A stretch of DNA of 64,000 nt from Patescibacteria group bacterium. Lineage in GTDB: Bacteria; Patescibacteriota; Minisyncoccia; Phycocordibacterales; Phycocordibacteraceae. The translations under genes and the position numbers were made by a program. The DNA lies in the NCBI GenBank assembly GCA_018970425.1, contig JAGWWK010000004.1, positions 1,811 through 65,810 of the forward strand. The letters run 5' to 3'. Shown here in pieces: positions 63,595-64,000 of the stretch (positions are counted from its first letter, which is position 1; each line of letters begins with the position of its first letter). Under the pieces are notes generated by a model. It saw nothing but the letters and a program-made list of their open reading frames with translations. It searched no databases and had not been told where the DNA came from.

Positions 63595-63744
63595 AATCAA
63601 ATTATTTTTTCATGCACGTGCGGAAAGATATCGAATAATGAATATGAACTTGTATCACAGCGGCGTCAGGTGCAGAGTACGCACAACACTCAGCACATGA
63701 CGGGTCGAACGCACTCAACGATGCAAGTCTAAACTCCTCATACT

Positions 63745-63807
63745 ATGGCAAAGAAGAAAATGGCAAAGAAGACGACAAAGAAGAAGGCAACAAAGAAGCG
63801 AAAATAA
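63745..63807 (+). CDS. Putative 20-aa Lys-rich micropeptide
   Basis: MAKKKMAKKTTKKKATKKRK*, followed by a terminator. Confidence 0.6.
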   Translation: MAKKKMAKKTTKKKATKKRK

Positions 63808-63837
63808 CAGACCTTCCCCGCGGGGAACGTCCGCTTC

Positions 63838-63867
63838 AAAAGCGCCTCGGTGTCCGAGGCGCTTTTT
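63838..63867 (+). terminator. Intrinsic terminator
   Basis: AAAAGCGCCTCGG-TGT-CCGAGGCGCTTTTT. Confidence 0.88.
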
Positions 63868-63920
63868 CTATAGCTCGCGGTCGTGGCTCCAGATACTCCT
63901 CTGTGGTACCATACCTCCAC

Positions 63921-64000
63921 ATGACGACGTTCCTCGATAAGCTCGTCGGCAGAAAGCACCGACTCCTGCGTGAGGCTGAGCGGATCGTCCCTCTAGTTCA
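63921..64000 (+). CDS. 5' fragment, probably SecA
   Basis: MTTFLDKLVGRKHRLLREAERIVPLV... resembles the SecA N-terminus; open at the window edge; TACCAT lies 8 nt upstream. Confidence 0.5.
   Translation, partial: MTTFLDKLVGRKHRLLREAERIVPLV

Noticed and set aside
63570-63640. Replication origin
   Set aside because: Only one perfect DnaA box and no dnaA or dnaN nearby
63738-63959. 73-aa minus-strand ORF with a Phe-rich tail
   Set aside because: Antisense shadow of the Lys-rich peptide and the SecA-like start; the terminator follows the plus-strand ORF

Overview
A 64-kb chromosomal segment from a small-genome bacterium using genetic code 11. It is most consistent with Patescibacteria/CPR (Parcubacteria-like); this is inferred from the divergent 16S rRNA, an archaeal-type PyrH and the gene content. 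Housekeeping genes include efp, an ECF sigma factor, recA, ftsK, rplJ/rplL with an L10 leader, rodA, folD, secDF, pyrH, murD/murC/murB, rsmI and probably the start of secA. It also carries a 1160-aa S-layer-like protein and two tRNAs. The rRNA genes are unlinked: 23S-5S lies about 9 kb upstream of a separately promoted 16S. The 23S has an ORF-less group I intron at E. coli position 2593. A 23-kb surface-glycan locus occupies 37-61 kb. Top observations: (1) MurD is fused to a CwlK/Ply500-like M15 peptidase, a family that cleaves the same L-Ala-D-Glu bond MurD forms. (2) A covarying hairpin motif sits exactly 11 nt upstream of both tRNA genes. (3) A roughly 24-bp hairpin in the intron sequesters its own 5' splice site. 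(4) A helical-bundle/wHTH gene carries AAARGACA repeats in all three reading frames. (5) The 16S lacks the anti-Shine-Dalgarno sequence, and many genes have leaderless-type -10/start-codon geometry. (6) A 20-aa Lys-rich micropeptide has its own structured leader and terminator. All calls were made by eye; no database searches or folding programs were run.
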